NCBI GenBank assembly: GCA_964057225.1
Contig: OZ059898.1
Coordinates: 20,894,001-20,958,000 of the forward strand
DNA length: 64,000 nt
From: Auanema rhodensis
Taxonomy: Eukaryota; Animalia; Nematoda
Reading direction: 5' to 3'
Made by a program: the position numbers and the translations under genes
Shown: positions 40,801-55,850 of the stretch, piece after piece
How positions within the stretch are numbered: the first letter of the stretch is position 1
Layout: each line of letters begins with the position of its first letter
The notes under the pieces: model-generated
The model's database searches: none
The model's input: the letters and a program-made list of their open reading frames with translations, nothing else
Told to the model about the DNA's origin: nothing

Positions 40801-41672
40801 CCCCATGTCCATATTAGTCTAAAAACAAATTTTTATTGATATTGGTTCATGGTAACCATGACTTTGAAATTTACGTGAACTTTAATTTATGCTAATTAAA
40901 TGTACACGTGATGTGCACTTGGTATGTAACTCGCTTCACGTGAAAGATAAAGAGATGCGGTTTTCAAAATTAGATTCCCCATGTCCATATTAGTCTAAAA
41001 ACAAATTTTTATTGATATTGGTGCTTGGTAACCATGACTTTGAAATTTACGTGAACTTTAATTTATGCTAATTAAATGTACACGTGATGTGCACTTGGTA
41101 TGTAACTCGCTTCACGTAAAAGATAAAGAGATGCGGTTTTCAAAATTAGATTTCTCATGTCCATATTAGTCTAAAAACAAATTTTTATTGATATTGGTTC
41201 ATGATAACCATGACTTTGAAATTTACGTGAACATTAATTTATGCTAATTAAATGTACACGTGATGTGCACTTGGTATGTAACTCGCTTCACGTGAAAGAT
41301 AAAGAGATGCGGTTTTCAAAATTAGATTCCCCATGTCCATATTAGTCTAAAAACAAATTTTGATTGATATTGGTGCATGGTAACCATGACTTTGAAATTT
41401 ACGTGAACTTTAATTTATGCTAATTAAATGTACACGTGATGTGCACTTGGTATGTAACTCGCTTCACGTGAAAGATAAAGAGATGCGGTTTTCAAAATTA
41501 GATTTCCCATGTCCATATTAGTCTAAAAACAAATTTTTATTGATATTGGTTCATGGTAACCATGACTTTGAAATTTACGTGAACTTTAATTTATGCTAAT
41601 TAAATGTACACGTGATGTGCACTTGGTATGTAACTCGCTTCACGTGAAAGATAAAGAGATGCGGTTTTCAAA
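31876..41672 (+). repeat. About 4.7-kb block duplicated at a 29-monomer offset (5102 bp): ~31876-36570 and ~36978-41672
   Basis: A5G (32025/37127), A6G (34840/39942) and A101C (34935/40037) all offset by 5102=29x176-2. Confidence 0.9.
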
Positions 41673-44600
41673 AGTAGATTCCCCATGTCCATATTAGTCT
41701 AAAAACAAATGTTTATTGATATTGGTGCATGGTAACCATGACTTTGAAATTTACGTGAACTTTAATTTATGCTAATTAAATGTACACGTGATGTGCACTT
41801 GGTATGTAACTCGCTTCACGTGAATGATAAAGAGATGCGGTTTTCAAAATTAGATTCCCCATGTCCATATTAGTCTAAAAACAAATGTTTATTGATATTG
41901 GTTCATGGTAACCATGACTTTGAAATTTACGTGAACTTTAATTTATGCTAATTAAATGTACACGTGATGTGCACTTGGTATGTAACTCGCTTCACGTGAA
42001 AGATAAAGAGATGCGGTTTTCAAAATTAGATTCCCCATGTCCATATTAGTCTAAAAACAAATTTTTATTGATATTGGTGCTTGGTAACCATGACTTTGAA
42101 ATTTACGTGAACTTTAATTTATGCTAATTAAATGTACACGTGATGTGCACTTGGTATGTAACTCGCTTCACGTGAAAGATAAAGAGATGCGGTTTTCAAA
42201 ATTAGATTCCCCATGTCCATATTAGTCTAAAAACAAATTTTTATTGATATTGGTTCATGGTAACCATGACTTTGAAGTTTACGTGAACTTTAATTTATGC
42301 TAATTATATGTACACGTGATGTGCACTTGGTATGTAACTCGCTTCACGTGAAAGATAAAGAGATGCGGTTTTCAAAATTAGATTTCCCATGTCCATATTA
42401 GTCTAAAAACAAATTTTTATTGATATTGGTTCATGGTAACCATGACTTTAAAATTTACGTGAACTTTAATTTATGCTAATTAAATGTACACGTGATGTGC
42501 ACTTGGTATGTAACTCGCTTCACGTGAAAGATAAAGAGATGCGGTTTTCAAAATTAGATTCCCCATGTCCATATTAGTCTAAAAACAAAATTTTATTGAT
42601 ATTGGTTCATGGTAACCATGACTTTGAAATTTACGTGAATTTTAATTTATGCTAATTAAATGTACACGTGATGTGCACTTGGTATGTAACTCGCTTCACG
42701 TGAAAGATAAAGAGATGCGGTTTTCAAAATTAGATTCCCCATGTCCATATTAGTCTACAAACAAATTTTCATTGATATTGGTTCATGGTAACCATGACTT
42801 TGAAATTTACGTGAACTTTAATTTATGCTAATTAAATGTACACGTCATGTGCACTTGGTATGTAACTCGCTTCACGTGAAAGATAAAGAGATGCGGTTTT
42901 CAAAAGTAGATTCCCCATGTCCATATTAGTCTAAAAACAAATGTTTATTGATATTGGTGCATGGTAACCATGACTTTGAAATTTACGTGAACTTTAATTT
43001 ATGCTAATTAAATGTACACGTGATGTGCACTTGGTATGTAACTCGCTTCACGTGAATGATAAAGAGATGCGGTTTTCAAAATTAGATTCCCCATGTCCAT
43101 ATTAGTCTAAAAACAAATTTTTATTGATATTGGTTCATGGTAACCATGACTTTGAAATTTACGTGAACTTTAATTTATGCTAATTAAATGTACACGTGAT
43201 GTGCACTTGGTATGTAACTCGCTTCACGTGAAAGATAAAGAGATGCGGTTTTCAAAATTAGATTCCATATGTCCATATTAGTCTAAAAACAAATTTTTAT
43301 TGATATTGGTTCATGGTACCCATGACTTTGAAATTTACGTGAACTTTAATTATGCTAATTAAATGTACAGGTAATGTGCACTTGGTATGTAACTCGCTTC
43401 ACGTGAAAGATAAAGAGATGCGGTTTTCAAAATTAGATTCCCCATGTCCATATTAGTCTAGAAACAAATTTTTATTGATATTGGTTCATGGTAACCATGA
43501 CTTTGAAATTTACGTGAACTTTAATTTATGCTAATTAAATGTACACGTGATGTGCCCTTGGTATGTAACTCGCTTCACGTGAAAGATAAAGAGATGCGGT
43601 TTTCAAAATTAGATTCCCCATGTCCATATTAGTCTAAAAACAAATTTTTATTGATATTGGTTCATGGTAACCATGACTTTGAAATTTACGTGAACTTTAA
43701 TTTATGCTAATTAAATGTACACGTGATGTGCACTTGGTATGTAACTCGCTTCACGTAAAAGATAAAGAGATGCGGTTTTCAAAATTAGATTTCCCATGTC
43801 CATATTAGTCTAAAAACAAATTTTTATTGATATTGGTTCATGATAACCATGACTTTGAAATTTACGTGAACTTCAATTTATGCTAATTAAATGTACACGT
43901 GATGTGCACTTGGTATGTAACTCGCTTCACGTGAAAGATAAAGAGATGCGGTTTTCAAAATTAGATTCCATATGTCCATATTAGTCTAAAAACAAATTTT
44001 TATTGATATTGGTTCATGGTACCCATGACTTTGAAATTTACGTGAACTTTAATTTATGCTAATTAAATGTACACGTGATGTGCACTTGGTATGTAACTCG
44101 CTTCACGTAAAAGATAAAGAGATGCGGTTTTCAAAATTAGATTCCCCATGTCCATATTAGTCTAAAAACAAATTTTTATTGATATTGGTTCATGGTAACC
44201 ATGACTTTGAAATTTACGTGAACTTTAATTTATGCTAATTAAATGTACACGTGATGTGCACTTGGTATGTAACTCGTTTCACGTGAAAGATAAAGAGATG
44301 CGGTTTTCAAAATTAGATTCCCCATGTCCATATTAGTCTAAAAACAAATTTTTATTGATATTGGTTCATGGTAACCATGACTTTGAAATTTACGTGAACT
44401 TTAATTTATGCTAATTAAATGTACACGTGATGTGCACTTGGTATGTAACTCGCTTCACGTGAAAGATAAAGAGATGCGGTTTTCAAAATTAGATTCCCCA
44501 TGTCCATATTAGTCTAAAAACAAATTTTTATTGATATTGGTGCTTGGTAACCATGACTTTGAAATTTACGTGAACTTTAATTTATGCTAATTAAATGTAC

Positions 44601-45039
44601 ACGTGATGTGCACTTGGTATGTAACTCGCTTCACGTAAAAGATAAAGAGATGCGGTTTTCAAAATTAGATTTCTCATGTCCATATTAGTCTAAAAACAAA
44701 TTTTTATTGATATTGGTTCATGATAACCATGACTTTGAAATTTACGTGAACATTAATTTATGCTAATTAAATGTACACGTGATGTGCACTTGGTATGTAA
44801 CTCGCTTCACGTGAAAGATAAAGAGATGCGGTTTTCAAAATTAGATTCCCCATGTCCATATTAGTCTAAAAACAAATTTTGATTGATATTGGTGCATGGT
44901 AACCATGACTTTGAAATTTACGTGAACTTTAATTTATGCTAATTAAATGTACACGTGATGTGCACTTGGTATGTAACTCGCTTCACGTGAAAGATAAAGA
45001 GATGCGGTTTTCAAAATTAGATTTCCCATGTCCATATTA
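38002..45039 (+). repeat. Tandem 20-mer duplication (3519 bp): 38002-41520 and 41521-45039
   Basis: A6G (39942/43461) and A101C (40037/43556), plus A53G, T67C and T65A, at offset 3519=20x176-1. Confidence 0.9.
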
Positions 45040-45391
45040 GTCTAAAAACAAATTTTTATTGATATTGGTTCATGGTAACCATGACTTTGAAATTTACGTG
45101 AACTTTAATTTATGCTAATTAAATGTACACGTGATGTGCACTTGGTATGTAACTCGCTTCACGTGAAAGATAAAGAGATGCGGTTTTCAAAATTAGATTT
45201 CCCATGTCCATATTAGTCTAAAAACAAATTTTTATTGATATTGGTTCATGGTAACCATGACTTTGAAATTTACGTGAACTTTAATTTATGCTAATTAAAT
45301 GTACACGTGATGTGCACTTGGTATGTAACTCGCTTCACGTGAAAGATAAAGAGATGCGGTTTTCAAAATTAGATTCCCCATGTCCATATTA

Positions 45392-48300
45392 GTCTAAAAA
45401 CAAATTTTTATTGATATTGGTGCATGGTAACCATGACTTTGAAACTTACGTGAACTTTAATTTATGCTAATTAAATGTACACGTGATGTGCACTTGGTAT
45501 GTAACTCGCTTCACGTGAATGATGAAGAGATGCGGTTTTCAAAATTAGATTCCCCATGTCCATATTAGTCTAAAAACAAATTTTTATTGATATTGGTTCA
45601 TGGTAACCATGACTTTGAAATTTACGTGAATTTTAATTTATGCTAATTAAATGTACACGTGATGTGCATTTGGTATGTAGCTCGCTTCACGTGAAAGAAA
45701 AAGAGATGCGGTTTTCAAAATTAGATTCCCCATGTCCATATTAGTCTAAAAACAAATTTTTATTGATATAGGTGCATGGTAACCATGACTTTGAAACTTA
45801 CGTGAACTTTAATTTATGCTAATTAAATGTACACGTGATGTGCACTTGGTATGTAACTCGCTTCACGTGAATGATAAAGAGATGCGGTTTTCAAAATTAG
45901 ATTCCCCATGTCCATATTAGTCTAAAAACAAATTTTTATTGATATTGGTTCATGGTAACCATGACTTTGAAATTTACGTGAATTTTAATTTATGCTAATT
46001 AAATGTACACGTGATGTGCACTTGGTATGTAACTCGCTTCACGTGAAAGATAAAGAGATGCGGTTTTTAAAATTAGATTCCCCATGTCCATATTAGTCTA
46101 AAAACAAATTTTTATTGATATTGGTTCATGGTAACCATGACTTTGAAATTTACGTGAACTTTAATTTATGCTAATTAAATGTACACGTGATGTGCACTTG
46201 GTATGTAACTCGCTTCACGTGAAAGATAAAGAGATGCGGTTTTCAAAATTAGATTCCTCATGTACATGTTAGTCTAAAAACAGATTTTTATTGATATTGG
46301 TTCATGGTAACCATGACTTTGAAATTTACGTGAACTTTAATTTATGCTAATTAAATGTACACGTGATGTGCACTTGGTACGTAACTAGCTTCACGTGAAA
46401 GATAAAGAGATGCGGTTTTCAAAATTAGATTTCCCATGTACATGTTAGTCTAAAAACAAATTTTTATTGATATTGGTGCATGGTAACCATGACTTTGAAA
46501 TTTACGTGAACTTTAATTTATGCTAATCAAATGTACACGTGATGTGCACTTGGTATGTAACTCGCTTCACGTGAAAGATAAAGAGATGCGGTTTTCAAAA
46601 TTAGATTCCCCATGTCAATATTAGTCTAAAAACAAATTTTTATTGATATTGGTTCATGATAACCATGACTTTGAAATTTACGTGAACTTTAATTTATGCT
46701 AATTAAATGTACACGTGATGTGCTCTTGGTATGTAACTCGCTTCACGTAAAAGATAAAGAGATGCGGTTTTCAAAATTAGATTTCCCATGTCCATGTTAG
46801 TCTAAAAACAAATTTTTATTGATATTGGTTCATGGTAACCATGACTTTGAAATTTACGTGAACTTTAATTTATGCTAATTAAATGTACACGTGATGTGCA
46901 CTTGGTATGTAACTCGCTTCACGTGAAAGATAAAGAGATGCGGTTTTTAAAATTAGATTCCCCATGTCCATATTAGTCTAAAAACAAATTTTTATTGATA
47001 TTGGTGCATGGTAACCATGACTTTGAAATTTACGTGAACTTTAATTTATGCTAATCAAATGTACACGTGATGTGCACTTGGTATGTAACTCGCTTCACGT
47101 GAAAGATAAAGAGATGCGGTTTTCAAAATTAGATTCCCCATGTCAATATTAGTCTAAAAACAAATTTTTATTGATATTGGTTCATGATAACCATGACTTT
47201 GAAATTTACGTGAACTTTAATTTATGCTAATTAAATGTACACGTGATGTGCACTTGGTATGTAACTCGCTTCACGTAAAAGATAAAGAGATGCGGTTTTC
47301 AAAATTAGATTTCCCATGTCCATATTAGTCTAAAAACAAATTTTGATTGATATTGGTGCATGGTAACCATGACTTTGAAATTTACGTGAACTTTAATTTA
47401 TGCTAATTAAATGTACACGTGATGTGCACTTGGTATGTAACTCGCTTCACGTGAATGATAAAGAGATGCGGTTTTCAAAATTAGATTCCCCATGTCCATA
47501 TTAGTCTAAAAACAAATTTTTATTGATATTGGTTCATGGTAACCATGACTTTGAAATTTACGTGAATTTTAATTTATGCTAATTAAATGTACACGTGATG
47601 TGCATTTGGTATGTAGCTCGCTTCACGTGAAAGAAAAAGAGATGCGGTTTTCAAAATTAGATTCCCCATGTCCATATTAGTCTAAAAACAAATTTTTATT
47701 GATATTGGTGCATGGTAACCATGACTTTGAAACTTACGTGAACTTTAATTTATGCTAATTAAATGTACACGTGATGTGCACTTGGTATGTAACTCGCTTC
47801 ACGTGAATGATAAAGAGATGCGGTTTTCAAAATTAGATTCCCCATGTCCATATTAGTCTAAAAACAAATTTTTATTGATATTGGTTCATGGTAACCATGA
47901 CTTTGAAATTTACGTGAATTTTAATTTATGCTAATTAAATGTACACGTGATGTGCACTTGGTATGTAACTCGCTTCACGTGAAAGATAAAGAGATGCGGT
48001 TTTCAAAATTAGATTCCCCATGTCCATATTAGTCTAAAAACAAATTTTTATTGATATTGGTTCATGGTAACCATGACTTTGAAATTTACGTGAACTTTAA
48101 TTTATGCTAATTAAATGTACACGTGATGTGCACTTGGTATGTAACTCGCTTCACGTGAAAGATAAAGAGATGCGGTTTTCAAAATTAGATTCCTCATGTA
48201 CATGTTAGTCTAAAAACAAATTTTTATTGATATTGGTTCATGGTAACCATGACTTTGAAATTTACGTGAACATTAATTTATGCTAATTAAATGTACACGT

Positions 48301-51300
48301 GATGTGCACTTGGTATGTAACTCGCTTCACGTGAAAGATAAAGAGATGCGGTTTTCAAAATTAGATTCCCCATGTCCATATTAGTCTAAAAACAAATTTT
48401 TATTGATATTGGTTCATGGTAACCATGACTTTGAAATTTACGTGAACTTTAATTTATGCTAATTAAATGTACACGTGATGTGCACTTGGTACGTAACTCG
48501 CTTCACATGAAAGATAAAGAGATGCGGTTTTCAAAATTAGATTTCCCATGTACATGTTAGTCTAAAAACAAATTTTTATTGATATTGGTTCATGGTAACC
48601 ATGACTTTGAAATTTACGTGAACTTTAATTTATGCTAATTAAATGTACACGTGATGTGCACTTGGTATGTAACTCGCTTCACGTGAAAGATAAAGAGATG
48701 CGGTTTTTAAAATTAGATTCCCCATGTCCATATTAGTCTAAAAACAAATTTTTATTGATATTGGTGCATGGTAACCATGACTTTGAAATTTACGTGAACT
48801 TTAATTTATGCTAATCAAATGTACACGTGATGTGCACTTGGTATGTAACTCGCTTCACGTGAAAGATAAAGAGATGCGGTTTTCAAAATTAGATTCCCCA
48901 TGTCAATATTAGTCTAAAAACAAATTTTTATTGATATTGGTTCATGATAACCATGACTTTGAAATTTACGTGAACTTTAATTTATGCTAATTAAATGTAC
49001 ACGTGATGTGCACTTGGTATGTAACTCGCTTCACGTGAAAGATAAAGAGATGCGGTTTTCAAAATTAGATTTCCCATGTCCATATTAGTCTAAAAACAAA
49101 TTTTGATTGATATTGGTGCATGGTAACCATGACTTTGAAATTTACGTGAACTTTAATTTATGCTAATTAAATGTACACGTGATGTGCACTTGGTATGTAA
49201 CTCGCTTCACGTAAAAGATAAAGAGATGCGGTTTTCAAAATTAGATTTCCCATGTCCATATTAGTCTAAACACAAATTTTTATTGATATTGGTTCATGGT
49301 AACCATGACTTTGAAATTTACGTGAACTTTAATTTATGCTAATTAAATGTACACGTGATGTGCACTTGGTATGTAACTCGCTTCACGTGAAAGATAAAGA
49401 GATGCGGTTTTCAAAATTAGATTTCCCATGTCCATATTAGTCTAAAAACAAATTTTTATTGATATTGGTTCATGGTAACCATGACTTTGAAATTTACGTG
49501 AATTTTAATTTATGCTAATTAAATGTACACGTGATGTGCACTTGGTATGTAACTCGCTTCACGTGAAAGATAAAGAGATGCGGTTTTCAAAATTAGATTC
49601 CCCATGTCCATATTAGTCTAAAAACAAATTTTTATTGATATTGGTTCATGGTAACCATGACTTTGAAATTTACGTGAACTTTAATTTATGCTAATTAAAT
49701 GTACACGTGATGTGCACTTGGTATGTAACTCGCTTCACGTGAAAGATAAAGAGATGCGGTTTTCAAAATTAGATTCCTCATGTACATGTTAGTCTAAAAA
49801 CAAATTTTTATTGATATTGGTTCATGGTAACCATGACTTTGAAATTTACGTGAACATTAATTTATGCTAATTAAATGTACACGTGATGTGCACTTGGTAT
49901 GTAACTCGCTTCACGTGAAAGATAAAGAGATGCGGTTTTCAAAATTAGATTCCCCATGTCCATATTAGTCTAAAAACAAATTTTTATTGATATTGGTTCA
50001 TGGTAACCATGACTTTGAAATTTACGTGAACTTTAATTTATGCTAATTAAATGTACACGTGATGTGCACTTGGTACGTAACTCGCTTCACATGAAAGATA
50101 AAGAGATGCGGTTTTCAAAATTAGATTTCCCATGTACATGTTAGTCTAAAAACAAATTTTTATTGATATTGGTTCATGGTAACCATGACTTTGAAATTTA
50201 CGTGAACTTTAATTTATGCTAATTAAATGTACACGTGATGTGCACTTGGTACGTAACTCGCTTCACATGAAAGATAAAGAGATGCGGTTTTCAAAATTAG
50301 ATTCCTCATGTACATGTTAGTCTAAAAACAAATTTTTATTGATATTGGTTCATGGTAACCATGACTTTGAAATTTACGTGAACATTAATTTATGCTAATT
50401 AAATGTACACGTGATGTGCACTTGGTATGTAACTCGCTTCACGTGAAAGATAAAGAGATGCGGTTTTCAAAATTAGATTCCCCATGTCCATATTAGTCTA
50501 AAAACAAATTTTTATTGATATTGGTTCATGGTAACCATGACTTTGAAATTTACGTGAACTTTAATTTATGCTAATTAAATGTACACGTGATGTGCACTTG
50601 GTACGTAACTCGCTTCACATGAAAGATAAAGAGATGCGGTTTTCAAAATTAGATTTCCCATGTACATGTTAGTCTAAAAACAAATTTTTATTGATATTGG
50701 TTCATGGTAACCATGACTTTGAAATTTACGTGAACTTTAATTTATGCTAATTAAATGTACACGTGATGTGCACTTGGTATGTAACTCGCTTCACGTGAAA
50801 GATAAAGAGATGCGGTTTTTAAAATTAGATTCCCCATGTCCATATTAGTCTAAAAACAAATTTTTATTGATATTGGTGCATGGTAACCATGACTTTGAAA
50901 TTTACGTGAACTTTAATTTATGCTAATCAAATGTACACGTGATGTGCACTTGGTATGTAACTCGCTTCACGTGAAAGATAAAGAGATGCGGTTTTCAAAA
51001 TTAGATTCCCCATGTCAATATTAGTCTAAAAACAAATTTTTATTGATATTGGTTCATGATAACCATGACTTTGAAATTTACGTGAACTTTAATTTATGCT
51101 AATTAAATGTACACGTGATGTGCACTTGGTATGTAACTCGCTTCACGTGAAAGATAAAGAGATGCGGTTTTCAAAATTAGATTTCCCATGTCCATATTAG
51201 TCTAAAAACAAATTTTGATTGATATTGGTGCATGGTAACCATGACTTTGAAATTTACGTGAACTTTAATTTATGCTAATTAAATGTACACGTGATGTGCA

Positions 51301-51551
51301 CTTGGTATGTAACTCGCTTCACGTAAAAGATAAAGAGATGCGGTTTTCAAAATTAGATTTCCCATGTCCATATTAGTCTAAACACAAATTTTTATTGATA
51401 TTGGTTCATGGTAACCATGACTTTGAAATTTACGTGAACTTTAATTTATGCTAATTAAATGTACACGTGATGTGCACTTGGTATGTAACTCGCTTCACGT
51501 GAAAGATAAAGAGATGCGGTTTTCAAAATTAGATTTCCCATGTCCATATTA
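45392..51551 (+). repeat. Variant domain B of the satellite (distinct sub-family)
   Basis: Carries T54C, C102T+A113G, C149T, C169A+A173G, T81C, C170A and T109C, none of which I saw in 1-45391; no deletion monomers. Confidence 0.8.
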
Positions 51552-52079
51552 GTCTAAAAACAAATTTTTATTGATATTGGTGCTTGGTAACCATGACTTT
51601 GAAATTTACGTGAACTTTAATTTATGCTAATTAAATGTACACGTGATGTGCACTTGGTATGTAACTCGTTTCACGTGAAAGATAAAGAGATGCGGTTTTC
51701 AAAATTAGATTCCCCATGTCCATATTAGTCTAAAAACAAATTTTTATTGATATTGGTTCATGGTAACCATGACTTTGAAATTTACGTGAACTTTAATTTA
51801 TGCTAATTAAATGTACACGTGATGTGCACTTGGTATGTAACTCGCTTCACGTGAAAGATAAAGAGATGCGGTTTTCAAAATTAGATTCCTCATGTCCATA
51901 TTAGTCTAAAAACAAATTTTTATTGATATTGGTTCATGGTAACCATGACTTTGAAATTTACGTGAACTTTAATTTATGCTAATTAAATGTACACGTGATG
52001 TGCACTTGGTATGTAACTCGCTTCACGTGAAAGATAAAGAGATGCGGTTTTCAAAATTAGATTCCTCATGTCCATATTA

Positions 52080-55000
52080 GTCTAAAAACAAATTTTTATT
52101 GATATTGGTGCTTGGTAACCATGACTTTGAAATTTACGTGAACTTTAATTTATGCTAATTAAATGTACACGTGATGTGCACTTGGTATGTAACTCGCTTC
52201 ACGTAAAAGATAAAGAGATGCGGTTTTCAAAATTAGATTTCCCATGTCCATATTAGTCTAAAAACAAATTTTTATTGATATTGGTTCATGATAACCATGA
52301 CTTTGAAATTTACGTGAACTTTAATTTATGCTAATTAAATGTACACGTGATGTGCACTTGGTATGTAACTCGCTTCACGTGAAAGATAAAGAGATGCGGT
52401 TTTCAAAATTAGATTCCCCATGTCCATATTAGTCTAAAAACAAATTTTGATTGATATTGGTGCATGGTAACCATGACTTTGAAATTTACGTGAACTTTAA
52501 TTTATGCTAATTAAATGTACACGTGATGTGCACTTGGTATGTAACTCGCTTCACGTAAAAGATAAAGAGATGCGGTTTTCAAAATTAGATTCCCCATGTC
52601 CATATTAGTCTACAAACAAATTTTCATTGATATTGGTTAATGGTAACCATGACTTTGAAATTTACGTGAACTTTAATTTATGCTAATTAAATGTACACGT
52701 GATGTGCACTTGGTATGTAACTCGCTTCACGTGAAAGATAAAGAGATGCGGTTTTCAAAATTAGATTTCCCATGTCCATATTAGTCTAAAAACAAATTTT
52801 TATTGATATTGGTGCATGGTAACCATGACTTTGAAATTTACGTGAACTTTAATTTATGCTAATTAAATGTACACGTGATGTGCACTTGGTATGTAACTCG
52901 CTTCACGTGAAAGATAAAGAGATGCGGTTTTCAAAATTAGATTCCATATGTCCATATTAGTCTAAAAACAAATTTTTATTGATATTGGTTCATGGTACCC
53001 ATGACTTTGAAATTTACGTGAACTTTAATTATGCTAATTAAATGTACACGTGATGTGCACTTGGTATGTAACTCGCTTCACGTGAAAGATAAAGAGATGC
53101 GGTTTTCAAAATTAGATTCCATATGTCCATATTAGTCTAAAAACAAATTTTTATTGATATTGGTTCATGGTACCCATGACTTTGAAATTTACGTGAACTT
53201 TAATTATGCTAATTAAATGTACAGGTAATGTGCACTTGGTATGTAACTCGCTTCACGTGAAAGATAAAGAGATGCGGTTTTCAAAATTAGATTCCCCATG
53301 TCCATATTAGTCTAAAAACAAATTTTTATTGATATTGGTTCATGGTAACCATGACTTTGAAATTTACGTGAACTTTAATTTATGCTAATTAAATGTACAC
53401 GTGATGTGCACTTGGTATGTAACTCGCTTCACGTGAAAGATAAAGAGATGCGGTTTTCAAAAGTAGATTCCCCATGTCCATATTAGTCCAAAAACAAATG
53501 TTTATTGATATTGGTGCATGGTAACCATGACTTTGAAATTTACGTGAACTTTAATTTATGCTAATTAAATGTACACGTGATGTGCACTTGGTATGTAACT
53601 CGCTTCACGTGAAAGATAAAGAGATGCGGTTTTCAAAATTAGATTCCCCATGTCCATATTAGTCTAAAAACAAATTTTTATTGATATTGGTTCATGGTAA
53701 CCATGACTTTGAAATTTACGTGAACTTTAATTTATGCTAATTAAATGTACACGTGATGTGCACTTGGTATGTAACTCGCTTCACGTGAAAGATAAAGAGA
53801 TGCGGTTTTCAAAATTAGATTCCCCATGTCCATATTAGTCTAAAAACAAATTTTTATTGATATTGGTGCTTGGTAACCATGACTTTGAAATTTACGTGAA
53901 CTTTAATTTATGCTAATTAAATGTACACGTGATGTGCACTTGGTATGTAACTCGCTTCACGTGAAAGATAAAGAGATGCGGTTTTCAAAATTAGATTCCT
54001 CATGTCCATATTAGTCTAAAAACAAATTTTTATTGATATTGGTGCTTGGTAACCATGACTTTGAAATTTACGTGAACTTTAATTTATGCTAATTAAATGT
54101 ACACGTGATGTGCACTTGGTATGTAACTCGCTTCACGTAAAAGATAAAGAGATGCGGTTTTCAAAATTAGATTTCCCATGTCCATATTAGTCTAAAAACA
54201 AATTTTTATTGATATTGGTTCATGATAACCATGACTTTGAAATTTACGTGAACTTTAATTTATGCTAATTAAATGTACACGTGATGTGCACTTGGTATGT
54301 AACTCGCTTCACGTGAAAGATAAAGAGATGCGGTTTTCAAAATTAGATTCCCCATGTCCATATTAGTCTAAAAACAAATTTTGATTGATATTGGTGCATG
54401 GTAACCATGACTTTGAAATTTACGTGAACTTTAATTTATGCTAATTAAATGTACACGTGATGTGCACTTGGTATGTAACTCGCTTCACGTAAAAGATAAA
54501 GAGATGCGGTTTTCAAAATTAGATTCCCCATGTCCATATTAGTCTACAAACAAATTTTCATTGATATTGGTTCATGGTAACCATGACTTTGAAATTTACG
54601 TGAACTTTAATTTATGCTAATTAAATGTACACGTGATGTGCACTTGGTATGTAACTCGCTTCACGTGAAAGATAAAGAGATGCGGTTTTCAAAATTAGAT
54701 TTCCCATGTCCATATTAGTCTAAAAACAAATTTTTATTGATATTGGTGCATGGTAACCATGACTTTGAAATTTACGTGAACTTTAATTTATGCTAATTAA
54801 ATGTACACGTGATGTGCACTTGGTATGTAACTCGCTTCACGTGAAAGATAAAGAGATGCGGTTTTCAAAATTAGATTCCATATGTCCATATTAGTCTAAA
54901 AACAAATTTTTATTGATATTGGTTCATGGTACCCATGACTTTGAAATTTACGTGAACTTTAATTATGCTAATTAAATGTACACGTGATGTGCACTTGGTA

Positions 55001-55850
55001 TGTAACTCGCTTCACGTGAAAGATAAAGAGATGCGGTTTTCAAAATTAGATTCCATATGTCCATATTAGTCTAAAAACAAATTTTTATTGATATTGGTTC
55101 ATGGTACCCATGACTTTGAAATTTACGTGAACTTTAATTATGCTAATTAAATGTACAGGTAATGTGCACTTGGTATGTAACTCGCTTCACGTGAAAGATA
55201 AAGAGATGCGGTTTTCAAAATTAGATTCCCCATGTCCATATTAGTCTAAAAACAAATTTTTATTGATATTGGTTCATGGTAACCATGACTTTGAAATTTA
55301 CGTGAACTTTAATTTATGCTAATTAAATGTACACGTGATGTGCACTTGGTATGTAACTCGCTTCACGTGAAAGATAAAGAGATGCGGTTTTCAAAAGTAG
55401 ATTCCCCATGTCCATATTAGTCTAAAAACAAATGTTTATTGATATTGGTGCATGGTAACCATGACTTTGAAATTTACGTGAACTTTAATTTATGCTAATT
55501 AAATGTACACGTGATGTGCACTTGGTATGTAACTCGCTTCACGTGAAAGATAAAGAGATGCGGTTTTCAAAATTAGATTCCCCATGTCCATATTAGTCTA
55601 AAAACAAATTTTTATTGATATTGGTTCATGGTAACCATGACTTTGAAATTTACGTGAACTTTAATTTATGCTAATTAAATGTACACGTGATGTGCACTTG
55701 GTATGTAACTCGCTTCACGTGAAAGATAAAGAGATGCGGTTTTCAAAATTAGATTCCCCATGTCCATATTAGTCTAAAAACAAATTTTTATTGATATTGG
55801 TGCTTGGTAACCATGACTTTGAAATTTACGTGAACTTTAATTTATGCTAA
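52080..55850 (+). repeat. Second, different 11-mer tandem duplication (1934 bp)
   Basis: Monomer series starting 52080 repeats from 54014, including two adjacent 175-bp monomers per copy; 1934=11x176-2. Confidence 0.85.
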
